DNA from: Candidatus Latescibacterota bacterium
Lineage (GTDB): Bacteria > Latescibacterota > UBA2968 > GCA-2709665
NCBI GenBank assembly: GCA_963667175.2
Contig: CAXXXF010000018.1
Coordinates: forward strand, 273,478 to 337,477
Reading direction: 5' to 3'
Length of the DNA: 64,000 nt
Position 1 is the stretch's first letter. Each line of letters starts with the position of its first letter. The position numbers and the translations under genes are program-made. A model generated the notes under the pieces. That model had not been told where the DNA came from. It worked only from the letters and a program-made list of their open reading frames with translations, and made no database searches. This document shows positions 20,527 to 30,954 of the stretch, piece by piece.

Positions 20527-21362
20527 GCCGCTGGCCCTTTACGGACGGCGCTTCGGTGCAGAAAGTAGACGACGTTTCCCAGCAGGATAAACCCGATGAT
20601 GACCATATGTGCGACGGATTGCGGACGCATGCCGCTGACCGCCATGCCTCTCTTGCCCACCAGGGCCTCGTATTCCGCGGCGCCGGCGAGCCCGCCGATG
20701 AGGCCGTCGAGCTGCCGGGACTGAAGGAAGGGGAAGAAATCAGGCGCCATTACGGCGGTACATCCGGCCCCCAGGGGGAACCGGTATCGTTCCTGCCCGT
20801 ACGCGATCCATTCGTCGACGCCGGGAAAGCCGGCGGCCAGGTCGATCACGTAATCGAAGTCTTTCAGCGACCGCAGATTGCGGGTGATGGGCATCTCAGA
20901 GGTGGCGACGCCCCGGATGTCTTCGGGAAACGCGCCGTGCAGATCCTGGCCCATGTTCAGAATCAGGATCGGGCCGCCGGCCTTGAACCCGAGGAACGCA
21001 TAGTCCGTGCCGTTCACGCGCCCGTATTCCTCTCCCGCCGTCTCAAACGCCTGCATGGCAAGCCCCACGGCTTCGGTAATGAGCGTCACGCCCACCACCC
21101 GGATGTTCCGACTGAAGCAGTGGCGAAGAATGGCCAGCGCCATGGGCTGGAGTTCCGGCTGCGAACTGGGGCCGTAGTCGAAGGAGATGAGCACGACGGC
21201 ATCGGGATTTCCGGACAGGCTTTCTATTGAATCGTAGACCGCGCGCACGTTGGGCGTGGCCTTGATGGGCAGTTCGAACCCGATGAGCAGAGGGATGCAT
21301 ACGGCAAAAAAGACGGCCAGGTAGACGATGCGACGGTCGATGTTGAGAAGGCGTTCGATCAT
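20523..21362 (-). CDS. Membrane-anchored protein (N- and C-terminal TM) of the GlmL-associated cluster
   Basis: DRRIVY, SFDYGPSSQPELQP, GLIGGLAGAAEYE, QSVAH; ATG 21362 overlaps the upstream stop. Confidence 0.8.
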   Translation of the reverse strand: MIERLLNIDRRIVYLAVFFAVCIPLLIGFELPIKATPNVRAVYDSIESLSGNPDAVVLISFDYGPSSQPELQPMALAILRHCFSRNIRVVGVTLITEAVGLAMQAFETAGEEYGRVNGTDYAFLGFKAGGPILILNMGQDLHGAFPEDIRGVATSEMPITRNLRSLKDFDYVIDLAAGFPGVDEWIAYGQERYRFPLGAGCTAVMAPDFFPFLQSRQLDGLIGGLAGAAEYEALVGKRGMAVSGMRPQSVAHMVIIGFILLGNVVYFLHRSAVRKGPAA

Positions 21363-22015
21363 TGTCCTTCCTCTCCCAGATAGGATCGTTCGATGCCGAA
21401 GATGATGCGCAGGGCCGTGGCGATTGCGCCGAGGCTCACACCCAGCAGGATGCCGCGCCGCGCGGCCAGGTTGGGAGTGGCCATCAGCCACTGGGACACC
21501 TCGGGCAGGTGTTCCGAGATGAGCGCGCCGATGGGTACCCGGCCGAGCATGACCAGCAGGGCGGCAACAAGGAGCACGACGGCTTCGGCCGACCGGGCCC
21601 GGAACGTGCGGTAGGCGGCGGAAGCGATAAAGAAGGCAAGCAGAGAGAACATCGTTGCGCCGCCGGCCACGTGGACGTGGGTATACATCCAGTTCAGGTC
21701 CAGCCCGTCACCCGGCGCGAGCGGTTGCAGCGGCCCTTTGCCGTTGTTGTAGACGGCCAGTGCGATCGTGACGATGAATCCGATGTACACCACGGCGCTG
21801 AACGCCCATCCGGCCTGATTGCGTCTGATCCGGCGCCAGTGCATCTGCAGAAGGCTGTGGATGCCCAGAAACAGGGCGAAGGCGGCGATGATCCGGTACC
21901 AGGTCGAAGTTGTGATCTCAACCGGTTGGGCAACCGGAACATAGTAAGTGAAGATGCCGATGACACCCGCTACGAAAGCCACGAGCAACGGCAGGGTGCG
22001 CTGCAGGAAATACAT
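21359..22015 (-). CDS. Multi-pass membrane protein of the GlmL-associated cluster
   Basis: ATMFSLLAFFIASAAYRTFRARS, LGRVPIG, PNLAARRGILLG, GIERSYLG. Confidence 0.8.
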   Translation of the reverse strand: MYFLQRTLPLLVAFVAGVIGIFTYYVPVAQPVEITTSTWYRIIAAFALFLGIHSLLQMHWRRIRRNQAGWAFSAVVYIGFIVTIALAVYNNGKGPLQPLAPGDGLDLNWMYTHVHVAGGATMFSLLAFFIASAAYRTFRARSAEAVVLLVAALLVMLGRVPIGALISEHLPEVSQWLMATPNLAARRGILLGVSLGAIATALRIIFGIERSYLGEEGQ

Positions 22016-22061
22016 TCAGTTTTCTCCGGAAGACGTGAACGTGGATGACTTGCCGTCGTCG

Positions 22062-23246
22062 TCAGCTCAGCAACGGCCAGAAGCCGAACCCGGCCAGGAT
22101 CGAACCGAGCACCAGCATCAGAATGATGATTCCCTTCCCGAGGTCCTGTCCCTTCAGGCTTCCCAGAAGCTTCGGGTCTCTCGAGAGATAGGCGCTGGCG
22201 GCGTAGAGTTCCTCTCCCATCAGCGTGTAGTCACAGGTCGTGATGAAGAACGGAAGCTGCGTATAGGCATCGGTTGCGGCGATCTGGATGGCGCCGGTTG
22301 TGGCGCCGGTCTCCGCCAGGAGCAGGGATTCGGCATAGAAGTAACCCATCAGGAGATTCGTCGCCGGCTTCTCCCGCACCATCAGGCCCTCGAGCGCGGC
22401 CGCGTAGCTGAACTGGTCCGCAGCCGCCAGAAAGACGTTGTCCGGGTTGAACGCGTCCGGCCGTCCGGCCTCGATGCAGGATTCCTTGACCACCTCCTGG
22501 CTTACGGACATGACAATCGGATCCCGGTTTCCCACCCTGAGCTGGGTATCGTATTCCGCGGTTCGTTTTGCCACCTGGCCGAGGATATTCACGGCGGCGA
22601 TGGTAGAGGGGCTGCCCATGTCCTGCAGACCGTGTACGAACAGCACAGGCTTTCCCATTTCAGTCGCCCGCCCAAGGGCTTCGTCCAGGGCGTCCAGGCC
22701 GGCCAGCCGTCGGATATAGAGGTTCTTGCGCCGGGCGAGTCGGATATATACGAGGATCAGAACGGAGAAGAGCCCGGCCAACGCGAAATTTCCGGTTTTT
22801 GTCGAATTGAAATAATTGCCGCGGGCCCGGGCCTCGACAACGGTGTAACCCCCGCCGTGGATTCCGATGCGAATAAAATACGCCTTGCCGTTTTCGATCC
22901 TGATCCTGTCCTGTCCTTCGGAATCCCGGTAGGACTCGATGAGGGCGAAGTGACGATTCCGGTTGTCATCGTCCGAGCCGAACGTGGCGGGCTCGTCGGC
23001 CATCGTCGGCGTCGTTTTGGGATCCAGTTCCGCAACGTGATGAAACGGGCCCTCCGCCCGTTCGGAGACACCGATGCGGTAGCGCGCGCTGTCCGGCAGG
23101 ACTTCGCGCCGCCGCCAGGTGAGCGTGATGCTGTGCCCCTGGTCGTTGGGCGTGTCGAAAGCCTGGACGGCGGCCGGCGCCGTTTCGGCCGCGCCGGCCG
23201 GCGCGGCGGCGATGACAAGAACAAGAAGGAGCAACAGATGCGCCAT
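22062..23246 (-). CDS. Signal peptide + FN3-like domain + DUF6754-like membrane domain protein
   Basis: AFDTPNDQGHSITLTW; IRRLAGLDALDEALGRATEMGKP; GYFYAESLLLAE; QLPFFITTCDYTLMGEELYAASAYL; AGGAG RBS before ATG 23246 (alternative start 23336). Confidence 0.75.
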   Translation of the reverse strand: MAHLLLLLVLVIAAAPAGAAETAPAAVQAFDTPNDQGHSITLTWRRREVLPDSARYRIGVSERAEGPFHHVAELDPKTTPTMADEPATFGSDDDNRNRHFALIESYRDSEGQDRIRIENGKAYFIRIGIHGGGYTVVEARARGNYFNSTKTGNFALAGLFSVLILVYIRLARRKNLYIRRLAGLDALDEALGRATEMGKPVLFVHGLQDMGSPSTIAAVNILGQVAKRTAEYDTQLRVGNRDPIVMSVSQEVVKESCIEAGRPDAFNPDNVFLAAADQFSYAAALEGLMVREKPATNLLMGYFYAESLLLAETGATTGAIQIAATDAYTQLPFFITTCDYTLMGEELYAASAYLSRDPKLLGSLKGQDLGKGIIILMLVLGSILAGFGFWPLLS

Positions 23247-23335
23247 TTCGGGTCTCCTGGCGGTCCGATTCCCGCGTGCCGGATTTGTCGGTAGCGCGAA
23301 GGAACCCGGGCGCCGGCGGTTGTGTTCCGGTTGCA

Positions 23336-24457
23336 TTACGATTCGATCCTTTCGGCGTTTGCGCGGGGTATCACGGCGCGTTGCCCGTTTTCGAACTGAA
23401 CTTCCAGCACGCGTACCCTGATTTCCGATTCAACGGGCGCCAGTTCGGAAGGCAGCGAAGTGACGACGCCGGTCTTTCCGAAATAGGGCGCGCGTATCGT
23501 ACGGATCGGATCTCCAACGGAGAGGCCTTCACGCGCCACGGATGCCTCGGCGACGGTAGAGCAGCCCGTGTCCGGGACGATGATTTCTGGACGAAGCACG
23601 CCCGCCCGGATCTGGGTTGCCCCCGACATCGAGGCTTCGTCTCCGTTTCTTTCGTTCAGAACGTCGAATGTCTTTCGCGCCATGGCGATGTCGCCGAATC
23701 CTTCCGTGACCACAACGGTAAGGCCGATTTCCTCGGCGCCGGTAATGGCCACGCCGAGGTCATAACCCAGCAGGCTCCGCAGGTCGTGGTCACGAATGCC
23801 CCCGCCAATGAGACCGGCCGCGCCGATTTCCCGCGCCTTCCGGATCAGGTCCAGGGTGATCAGCCCGCCGGCGACGAGGATTTTCCCTGTGCACGAGACG
23901 TCGATCCGGTCTTCCGGAAGCCGCTCGTCGGGGGTTGTCGCGAGGGTATGGATGGCGCCCCAGCTCTCGCCGCCGATTCCGAAAATGCCCTGAAGAAAGG
24001 CGCCGACGGTTTCGACGACGACCCCTTCGCCAGGAATGGTTTCCACAACGGCGCCGTCCACGTAGGCCTTCACCTGCACGGGACGGGGCGGACCGCGCAG
24101 AATGACCTGGCCGGTAACCGGCGAAACGCTTTCCACGGTCCCGGTGACCGGCGACTCGACCGTGGTCTTGAACCACCTGATGAACGGCCGGGTTTCGGCG
24201 AGAGGTTCCCCGGACTCGACCGGCTCGCCCTCGTTCTTGAGCATGAAGGTCGGAAGTTCGTCTGGGGTGACGCCGAGCCTGTTGACCAGATTCAAGGTGG
24301 TCACGTCGCCAGGCAGTCCGGTCCGGGCGACCACCCGGTCGCGCCGCACGGACTCTCCCTCTGATACCAGCACCTCACCGGTGAGCGGGAGTTGCCGTTT
24401 CTTTCGTATGGTTGCCCTGCGGGTGACCCGCAGTCCGGGGGTGTACGTATGCGCCAT
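23336..24457 (-). CDS. Conserved soluble protein with barrel-sandwich hybrid repeats and a C-terminal KOW-like motif
   Basis: MAHTYTPGL, GEPVESGEPLA...SPVTGTV, LQGIFGIGGE, ITGAE, TEGFG, GATQIRAGVLRPE, GDPIRTIRAPYFG. Confidence 0.8.
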   Translation of the reverse strand: MAHTYTPGLRVTRRATIRKKRQLPLTGEVLVSEGESVRRDRVVARTGLPGDVTTLNLVNRLGVTPDELPTFMLKNEGEPVESGEPLAETRPFIRWFKTTVESPVTGTVESVSPVTGQVILRGPPRPVQVKAYVDGAVVETIPGEGVVVETVGAFLQGIFGIGGESWGAIHTLATTPDERLPEDRIDVSCTGKILVAGGLITLDLIRKAREIGAAGLIGGGIRDHDLRSLLGYDLGVAITGAEEIGLTVVVTEGFGDIAMARKTFDVLNERNGDEASMSGATQIRAGVLRPEIIVPDTGCSTVAEASVAREGLSVGDPIRTIRAPYFGKTGVVTSLPSELAPVESEIRVRVLEVQFENGQRAVIPRANAERIES

Positions 24458-24521
24458 GGGTCAGGATTCCGAAACCGTCACATCATGCGCCTGCGGAGAA
24501 AATGATCGGGCTGACCGGTTA

Positions 24522-25592
24522 TCAGACCTTCATTTTCGGATCGAGGGCGTCTCGCAGGCCGTCACCGAGCAGGTTGTAGAGGGTTACGGTGATAAAGATC
24601 GCGAACCCGGGCACGATCACCAGCCACCACGCCGCCGTATTGTTCCGGGCGCCCGCGAGTATCGCGCCCCATGTGATGGCCTCGGCGGGAACTCCGATGC
24701 CGAGGAAACTCAGGCCGGATTCGGCCAGGATTGCGCCCGCCACCCCGAAGGCGGCCGGAATGAGTACAGGCGCGATTGCGTTTGGCAGAATGTGGATGAA
24801 CATGATCCGGCCGCTGGAATAGCCCAGGCTCTTGGCCGCGGAAACAAAGTCGTAACTCCTCACCTGCAGAAACTGCGACCGGGTGAGACGCGCGATCCCG
24901 ACCCAGCCCGTGAAACCGAGGATGATCATCACGAAGAAGAGGCTGGGCGGAAAAAACGCGGCGACCGTTATGATGAGAAAGAGGGCGGGTATGGCGGCCC
25001 AGAGCTCGAACAGACGGGAGAGAACCAGGTCGGGCCAGCCCCCGAAATAACCCGCCAGCGCTCCCAGTGAGACGCCGATGACCATCGAAATCGCGACCGA
25101 GACCACGCCGATGGTGAGCGCGTAACGGGTTCCGTGGATCAGCCCTGACAGAACGTCCCTGCCCAGGCGGTCGGTACCCAGAAGATGCGTGATGCCGGGC
25201 GGCTCGTACTTTTCGCCCAGGTTAACGTCGCTGGGGCCGTATGGAACGGGCGGGAAAATTGCGGATTCGGCCCTGAGGCGCTTGAAATTCTTCCTTCTCC
25301 TGAGCGGCTCCGGCCAATCGGCCAGTCCGAGATAGACGGCGTACTGGCGAAAGGCAGGGAAGTAGGTCTTGCCCCTGTACTTCATATAGAAGGGTTTGTT
25401 GCCCGCGAGAAAATCCGCGAAAATTGCCGTGAACGCGAGAACGCAGATCGCAGCAAGGCTGAAGAGGGCCGGCCGGTTTTTCCTGAACTGCCGCCAGACC
25501 AGCTGTGAGTAGGTCTGGCTCTCCTGAGCAGCCTCGGGTACGGGCGCTTCAGCGTTTGTTTCGGCGATGTCGTGTCTCAGATCGGCCGCCAT
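24522..25592 (-). CDS. oppC: Peptide ABC transporter permease (OppC)
   Basis: WRQFRKNR, HLLGTDRLGRD, FVSAAKSLG, HILPN, ESGLSFLG, GDGLRDALDPK. Confidence 0.92.
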   Translation of the reverse strand: MAADLRHDIAETNAEAPVPEAAQESQTYSQLVWRQFRKNRPALFSLAAICVLAFTAIFADFLAGNKPFYMKYRGKTYFPAFRQYAVYLGLADWPEPLRRRKNFKRLRAESAIFPPVPYGPSDVNLGEKYEPPGITHLLGTDRLGRDVLSGLIHGTRYALTIGVVSVAISMVIGVSLGALAGYFGGWPDLVLSRLFELWAAIPALFLIITVAAFFPPSLFFVMIILGFTGWVGIARLTRSQFLQVRSYDFVSAAKSLGYSSGRIMFIHILPNAIAPVLIPAAFGVAGAILAESGLSFLGIGVPAEAITWGAILAGARNNTAAWWLVIVPGFAIFITVTLYNLLGDGLRDALDPKMKV

Positions 25593-25596
25593 GGAC

Positions 25597-26898
25597 TCAT
25601 CCCTGAAGACGGGAAAACTCGATGCGTGGATCCACAACTTTCAGGAGGACGTCCGCAAGCAGTATGCCAAGCAGCGAAAGGAACGAACCGATGGTCAGAA
25701 TGGCCATGACCATGGGATAGTCGCGCACGAGTACGGATTGAACGCCCAGATATCCCAGGCCCGGAATGGTGAAGATGGTTTCGATAAAGACCGAACCGGC
25801 GATGATGGCCGGCAGCAGATTCGCAAGGATTGTCACGATGGGGATCAGGGAGTTGCGGAAGACGTGCTTCAGAACCACGACTTTTTCGGGCAGGCCCTTG
25901 GCCCGGGCGGTGCGTACATAGTCCAGCCTGAGGTTTTCCAGCATGCTGGTTCGCATGAAACGGGAAAGGCCGGCGAAGCTGGCGTAGCTGGAGGCCAGAA
26001 CCGGCATGGCCAGATGGTGGGCATGGTCGGTCAGCAGACGCCAGAACCCCCACTCGGACGATGCGTCCAGAGACTGGATGCCGGAGGCGGGAAACCAGTA
26101 CAGAAATTCCTTGTTGCAAAAAAACACGATGAGCAGCATGCCAACCCAGAATGACGGCATGGACCAAAGGATGAAGGTCCCGGTGGTGAGCGCGCGGTCG
26201 GTCCGGGTGTCCTGTTTCACGGCCAGCCAGATGCCAAGCGGAAGTCCGATGACATAGGCGATGACCAGGCTGATGACGTTGATCTCAATGGTGATGGGCA
26301 CGCGCGCCAGGATATGGGAGATGACCGGCTGCTGGTCTTTGAAGGAGCGTCCGAAATTGAGGGTGACAAAGCGCCGGTCGAAGAGATGGAAGAGCAGCAG
26401 GCCGGCGCCCGTATACTGGTAGTTGTCTTCGAGCTTGACGGTCTTGCTCTCCCAGAACGAGGAACGGACGAGCGCCGGAGCCTCGTCCGGGTATTGCCGC
26501 TCGAAACTGCGTAGGAAACGCGCTTTGCGCTCCTCGTTTTCAAGTGCTGCCAACTCGCTCTTTACCGCGGGATCCAGGTCCTCGAGAAAAAGGTCCACGC
26601 GCCTGCCCGTGCGTTCGAAACTGTTGAGCGCCTCGACGTGAAGGATCAGGCTGGACAACCAGTTCAGGTACTGAACGTGCAGCGGCTTGTCCAGGCCCAG
26701 TTGGCGGCGCAGATCCTCTCGCGTTTTTTCGAAGTCGGACTTCCGTTCCGTCGAGATGCCCTCCTCTCCCGCCATGCCGCCGAGAAAGAAGTCCACCGGG
26801 TCTCCCGGCGCGAGGTGCATGACCAGGAACGAGATGAGCGTGATGCCGATCATCGTCGGGATCATCAGCAGGCTGCGCTGGATGACGTATTGAATCAT
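25597..26898 (-). CDS. oppB: Peptide ABC transporter permease (OppB)
   Basis: APGDP, GLDKPLHVQY, DYVRTARAKGL, HVFRNSLIP, RDYP, DPRI. Confidence 0.92.
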   Translation of the reverse strand: MIQYVIQRSLLMIPTMIGITLISFLVMHLAPGDPVDFFLGGMAGEEGISTERKSDFEKTREDLRRQLGLDKPLHVQYLNWLSSLILHVEALNSFERTGRRVDLFLEDLDPAVKSELAALENEERKARFLRSFERQYPDEAPALVRSSFWESKTVKLEDNYQYTGAGLLLFHLFDRRFVTLNFGRSFKDQQPVISHILARVPITIEINVISLVIAYVIGLPLGIWLAVKQDTRTDRALTTGTFILWSMPSFWVGMLLIVFFCNKEFLYWFPASGIQSLDASSEWGFWRLLTDHAHHLAMPVLASSYASFAGLSRFMRTSMLENLRLDYVRTARAKGLPEKVVVLKHVFRNSLIPIVTILANLLPAIIAGSVFIETIFTIPGLGYLGVQSVLVRDYPMVMAILTIGSFLSLLGILLADVLLKVVDPRIEFSRLQG

Positions 26899-26977
26899 CT
26901 GCCTTCAGGCCTCTCCGTTCGGGCGTCCCTTCATCGGGAATCGGGAAACGAGCCGCTTCGTCCTGGCTGCCCCCGGG

Positions 26978-28819
26978 TTATTGGTACAAGCGATTGCCCG
27001 CCCCGACCCACCATTCCTGGGTGTCCGCGCCTACGGCATACCAGTTGTCACCCGCGAATCGCCTGCTGTACGAGATGGCGTTGCGGGATTTCCAGAGGAA
27101 CGTATAGGGCTGTTCGTCGTAGAGGATCTGCTGGAATCGCCGGTAGAGTTCGATGCGTTTGTCGACGTCGAATTCCCTGCGGTAGGTTTCCAGGATGCCG
27201 TCGACCTCCTCGTTCTTGAAACTGATGTAATTCGATCCCTGGCCCTCCGACTGCGAGGAGTGCCAGATCTGAAAGGAGTCCGGCGGCGTTCGCAGGCTGC
27301 CGGTCCATCCCAGCGTGCACGCGGCGAAATCCTTTTTGCGAACGACCCGGTCCAGGAAGATGGTCCAGTCCAGTTCCCGCACCTCGCAGACGATTCCGAT
27401 GTCCTGAAGTTCATATTGCAGCGCCAGGGCGATGTCTTTGCGGAGCTGGTTGCCGGAATTGACCAGGAATTCAAACTTGAAGGGTTGTTTCTCGCCGTCG
27501 ATGACCTTGTCCAGGATGCCGTCGTTGTCACTGTCCGCCCAGCCGGCCTCCTCGAGGAGAACAAGCGCTCTCTCCGGATCGTAGGGGTGGGGCTCCAGGC
27601 CGTGATTGTATTCCGGGCGGAATTTGTGGATGGGCCCCTCGACGGTCTCCGCCAGACCGAACATCAGGTTCAATACCATGCTTTCACGGTCGGTGAGATA
27701 CGTCATGGCCCTGCGTACGCGCTTGTCGCGAAAGATGGGGTGCGCGTTGTTCCAACCGATGTACACGTAACCCGATGAGTAAACCACGCTCTTTTTGAAA
27801 CGCTCGACAAAGTCCGGCGACCAGCTCTTGTCCTTGAATTGCAGGGGCCTGAGCCCGAAATAGTCGATATTGCCGTTCGTGAGCTCGATAAACGCGGCCT
27901 CCTGGTCGTTGACGATCTTGAATACGATCTTCTCCACGTACCCCTTGTCCATCAGATCGGGTTCGCCGCGACCCCAGTAATCGGGGTTGCGGGTGAGAAT
28001 CACCTTCTGACCCGTGACGACGTCTTCATCCCAGTTTTCCACGAGATAGGGGCCCGATCCGAGCATCTGCCGGTGGTAGCCGGTGTTGAACTTCTCGGCG
28101 AACTGCAACACGCGCTCCGCGTGAGGGCCGCTTTCCCAGGATCCGTCGATCAGGCTGCCTGCGTCGACGGGGTCCAACAGGCCGTCGGGGTCGTAGAAGT
28201 GTTTGGGAAGAATCTGCATGCTGCCGAGGGAAATGTTGTTCCTGAAATAGGGTTCACGGCACACGAAGCTGATTCTGAATTTGCCCTCCTGTTCAACGTC
28301 GCTGATGGCCGCGTAATAGTTGCGGAGAGAAGCTGCCAGAACTTTCGGGTTCTTGATCACCTTGATGCTGAAGAGGACGTCGTCCGCCGAAAGCGGCTTG
28401 CCGTCGGCGAAATGGACGTCGTCGCGCAGGTCGAACGTGTAGGTGAGCTTGTCGTCAGATATAGAGGGAGGTCCTTTTGCAACCAGACCTCTGAGTCTGT
28501 AGGGCGATTCGTTTTCGATATCGAGCAGCGATTCGAAAATATACTGGTGAACCTGGGAGGAACCCGAGTCGTTGGAGACGTAAGGGTTGAAATTCTCCGG
28601 ATCCGAAAGAAAGTGTTGTACCATCCAGTCGCCGTATTGCGGTTGGTCCTCGCCGGAGTACATGGCATCCACCCGTTCCGTCCCGTCCAGCACGATCGCC
28701 GGGGCCTGCCTTGTATCCATCAGCGTCTTCTGGACCCTCTGCCAGGGAGTCTCGCCGTTGCATGCGGCCGCAAGGACGCAAACCAATCCGAAGACTGCCA
28801 ATCTGCGCCGGTAACCCAT
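26978..28819 (-). CDS. oppA: Peptide ABC transporter substrate-binding lipoprotein (family 5)
   Basis: Lipobox VLAAAC; YTFDLRDDVHFADG, GSGPY, DKRVRRAM, YDPERA..LLEEAGW. Confidence 0.9.
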   Translation of the reverse strand: MGYRRRLAVFGLVCVLAAACNGETPWQRVQKTLMDTRQAPAIVLDGTERVDAMYSGEDQPQYGDWMVQHFLSDPENFNPYVSNDSGSSQVHQYIFESLLDIENESPYRLRGLVAKGPPSISDDKLTYTFDLRDDVHFADGKPLSADDVLFSIKVIKNPKVLAASLRNYYAAISDVEQEGKFRISFVCREPYFRNNISLGSMQILPKHFYDPDGLLDPVDAGSLIDGSWESGPHAERVLQFAEKFNTGYHRQMLGSGPYLVENWDEDVVTGQKVILTRNPDYWGRGEPDLMDKGYVEKIVFKIVNDQEAAFIELTNGNIDYFGLRPLQFKDKSWSPDFVERFKKSVVYSSGYVYIGWNNAHPIFRDKRVRRAMTYLTDRESMVLNLMFGLAETVEGPIHKFRPEYNHGLEPHPYDPERALVLLEEAGWADSDNDGILDKVIDGEKQPFKFEFLVNSGNQLRKDIALALQYELQDIGIVCEVRELDWTIFLDRVVRKKDFAACTLGWTGSLRTPPDSFQIWHSSQSEGQGSNYISFKNEEVDGILETYRREFDVDKRIELYRRFQQILYDEQPYTFLWKSRNAISYSRRFAGDNWYAVGADTQEWWVGAGNRLYQ

Positions 28820-28832
28820 CGTTTGCCTCCAA

Positions 28833-30614
28833 TTATTGAGGATAGAGGTCCAATGCCCGGTTCCAGGCGGCAACCCGGCCGGCCGGATCCGTGTCCGGAA
28901 ATGGAAGCGGCCGGCCGCGGCCGTCCAGAATCAGGCCGGCCACGCCGCCCTTGACGGTCTGGCGAATCGTCTGACCGGGCCCGGCGCCGGCGTCCCACCC
29001 CGACTCGGGATGCAGGCTGACGTCGGCCTCCTGACCGGGGCCCACGTCGAACATGTGGATGTTTCCGACTCTCAGGTCGCCGGAACCGGACCCGCCGGCC
29101 CGGTCGACTTCATACGTGGCGCAGACGTCGCCGGGTTTGCCATCGCCGGACGGCGCAACGCACGTTCCCAGATCCACGAGGCAGTCCCGTTCGAACACCT
29201 CGGCGGCGGCCTGTTCATTGACGCTTGTGAGGACTCCCAGGTGGGGCATCATGAAGATGCTGTCAACGGCCAGTCTCGTAAAGCCCTGGGGCTGGAAGGC
29301 GTCGATCAGCATTGCCGCCGACTGCGCCCGCCGGGGCGCGTGGGAGAGTACGCCGCCGCTGCCCACGAGCAGATCCAGGTCCGGCATCTGAATCAGGCTT
29401 TCGCCCGCGCCGGTCTGGTCGAACGCGTCCGAGAGGGTGCGTTCCGTCTGCACGCCTTTCAGGCCCACGGCGAGGGCGCGGTGCTGGTGGAACGCCAGGC
29501 GCAATGCCTCACGGGCGATGGCCTGCTCGAGTTGCAGTTCCTCCAGGGTCTGGGGTACGGTCGTCGGCCGGATCATCTTGTTCTTGACGCGGTCCCTGAG
29601 GTCGGTCTCGTCGATTTCAAACGGCACCCAACGCATCACGTTTGCCAGACCGGCCTCGGCCAGCACGTTGGAGATGCTGTATGACATACCCAGGTTGGCG
29701 CTTACGGTCCGGTTGAACGTCCCGCCAAATACACTGAAGACGTCGGTGGTCGCCCCTCCGACGTCCACGCCGACGACGTTGATGTTCCGACGGCGGGCGA
29801 CCGTCTCGATCAGCAGGCCGACCGCTCCGGGGGTGGGCATGATGGGCGCGCCCGTCCATTCCATCAGCTTCCTGTACCCGGGCGCCTGCGCCATCACGTG
29901 TTCCAGGAAGAGGTCGTGGATCACCTGCCGCGCCGGACCGAGGTTTTCGCGTTCCAGCAGGGGGCGGATGTTGTCCGTGAGTTTCAGCGCGGTCTTATCG
30001 CCCAGGACTTCATGGACGTTCTGTCTCGCGTCCTTGTTTCCGGCATAGATCACGGGAAGCCGGAAACCGGCGCCGAACCGGGGCCTCGGATCCGCCGCGG
30101 CGATGAACTCGGCGAGTTCCACAACGTGGCTCACGGTGCCGCCGTCCGTTCCCCCCGAGAGAAGCACCATGTCCGGCCGCAGATGGCGGATGCGTTCGAT
30201 CTTCTGGTGGGGCAGGCGGCCGTCGTTGGAGGCGAGGACGTCCATCACGATGGCGCCCGCGCCGAGGGCCGCCCGCTGGGCGCTTTCTCCGGTCATCGCC
30301 TGGACTACCCCGCCCACCATCATCTGGAGGCCGCCTCCGGCGCTGCTCGTGGACACGTAGACGTCGACGCCGCGGCGGCCATTTGCGGGCGTGACGATGC
30401 GTTCGCCTTCGAGGATGGCGCGCCCGGAGAGTTCTTCAACCTCCTGGATGGCGTTGAGGACGCCCCTGGTGACGTCTTCGAACGGCGCTTCGACCGTTGT
30501 GGGCGCCTCGCCGCGGCAGGTCTGCCGGTAGCATTCCCCCTCTTTTTCTATAAGGATGGCCTTGGTGGTCGTGCTGCCGCAGTCCGTGGCGATGATGACG
30601 TCCGGCTTATCCAT
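28833..30614 (-). CDS. Glutamate mutase L (GlmL)-like actin-fold ATPase
   Basis: ATDCGSTTTK, STSSAGGGL, LSGGTDGG, MPTPGAV, VDVGGATTDV, RTVSANLGM, GSGGVLSH. Confidence 0.85.
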   Translation of the reverse strand: MDKPDVIIATDCGSTTTKAILIEKEGECYRQTCRGEAPTTVEAPFEDVTRGVLNAIQEVEELSGRAILEGERIVTPANGRRGVDVYVSTSSAGGGLQMMVGGVVQAMTGESAQRAALGAGAIVMDVLASNDGRLPHQKIERIRHLRPDMVLLSGGTDGGTVSHVVELAEFIAAADPRPRFGAGFRLPVIYAGNKDARQNVHEVLGDKTALKLTDNIRPLLERENLGPARQVIHDLFLEHVMAQAPGYRKLMEWTGAPIMPTPGAVGLLIETVARRRNINVVGVDVGGATTDVFSVFGGTFNRTVSANLGMSYSISNVLAEAGLANVMRWVPFEIDETDLRDRVKNKMIRPTTVPQTLEELQLEQAIAREALRLAFHQHRALAVGLKGVQTERTLSDAFDQTGAGESLIQMPDLDLLVGSGGVLSHAPRRAQSAAMLIDAFQPQGFTRLAVDSIFMMPHLGVLTSVNEQAAAEVFERDCLVDLGTCVAPSGDGKPGDVCATYEVDRAGGSGSGDLRVGNIHMFDVGPGQEADVSLHPESGWDAGAGPGQTIRQTVKGGVAGLILDGRGRPLPFPDTDPAGRVAAWNRALDLYPQ

Positions 30615-30954
30615 TCAGTCGGTTTTCCGCCTCCACGAGCGAATCGATCAGTGTCTGCACACTCCGGCGTTTCTCCAGAAAACGCACGAATCGATCGTAT
30701 TCCTCGCCTGAGAAGATAAGGTTGACAAAGGGCGAAAGAAAAGTCAAAAACTGACTGCCTATAAAGTTGAACGGCCGGCCGGCTTCGAGTGCCATCAGGG
30801 CGGGAGTGGTCAATTGCCGGCGAACCACGAACGCCGCCATTTTCGCCGCCAGCGTCCGCTCTTCCTCGGTGATGCGGTCATCCGGGGGGTCGACGGCGAA
30901 CGCGTGTTCGAACCAGGCCTTAAGGCGATGCATTCGCGAGGCGGGCTTCGACAT
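30607..30954 (-). CDS. Small conserved hypothetical protein
   Basis: 115 aa, overlaps both neighbours; PALMALEAGRPFNFIGSQFL..LSPF..LEKR. Confidence 0.7.
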   Translation of the reverse strand: MSKPASRMHRLKAWFEHAFAVDPPDDRITEEERTLAAKMAAFVVRRQLTTPALMALEAGRPFNFIGSQFLTFLSPFVNLIFSGEEYDRFVRFLEKRRSVQTLIDSLVEAENRLNG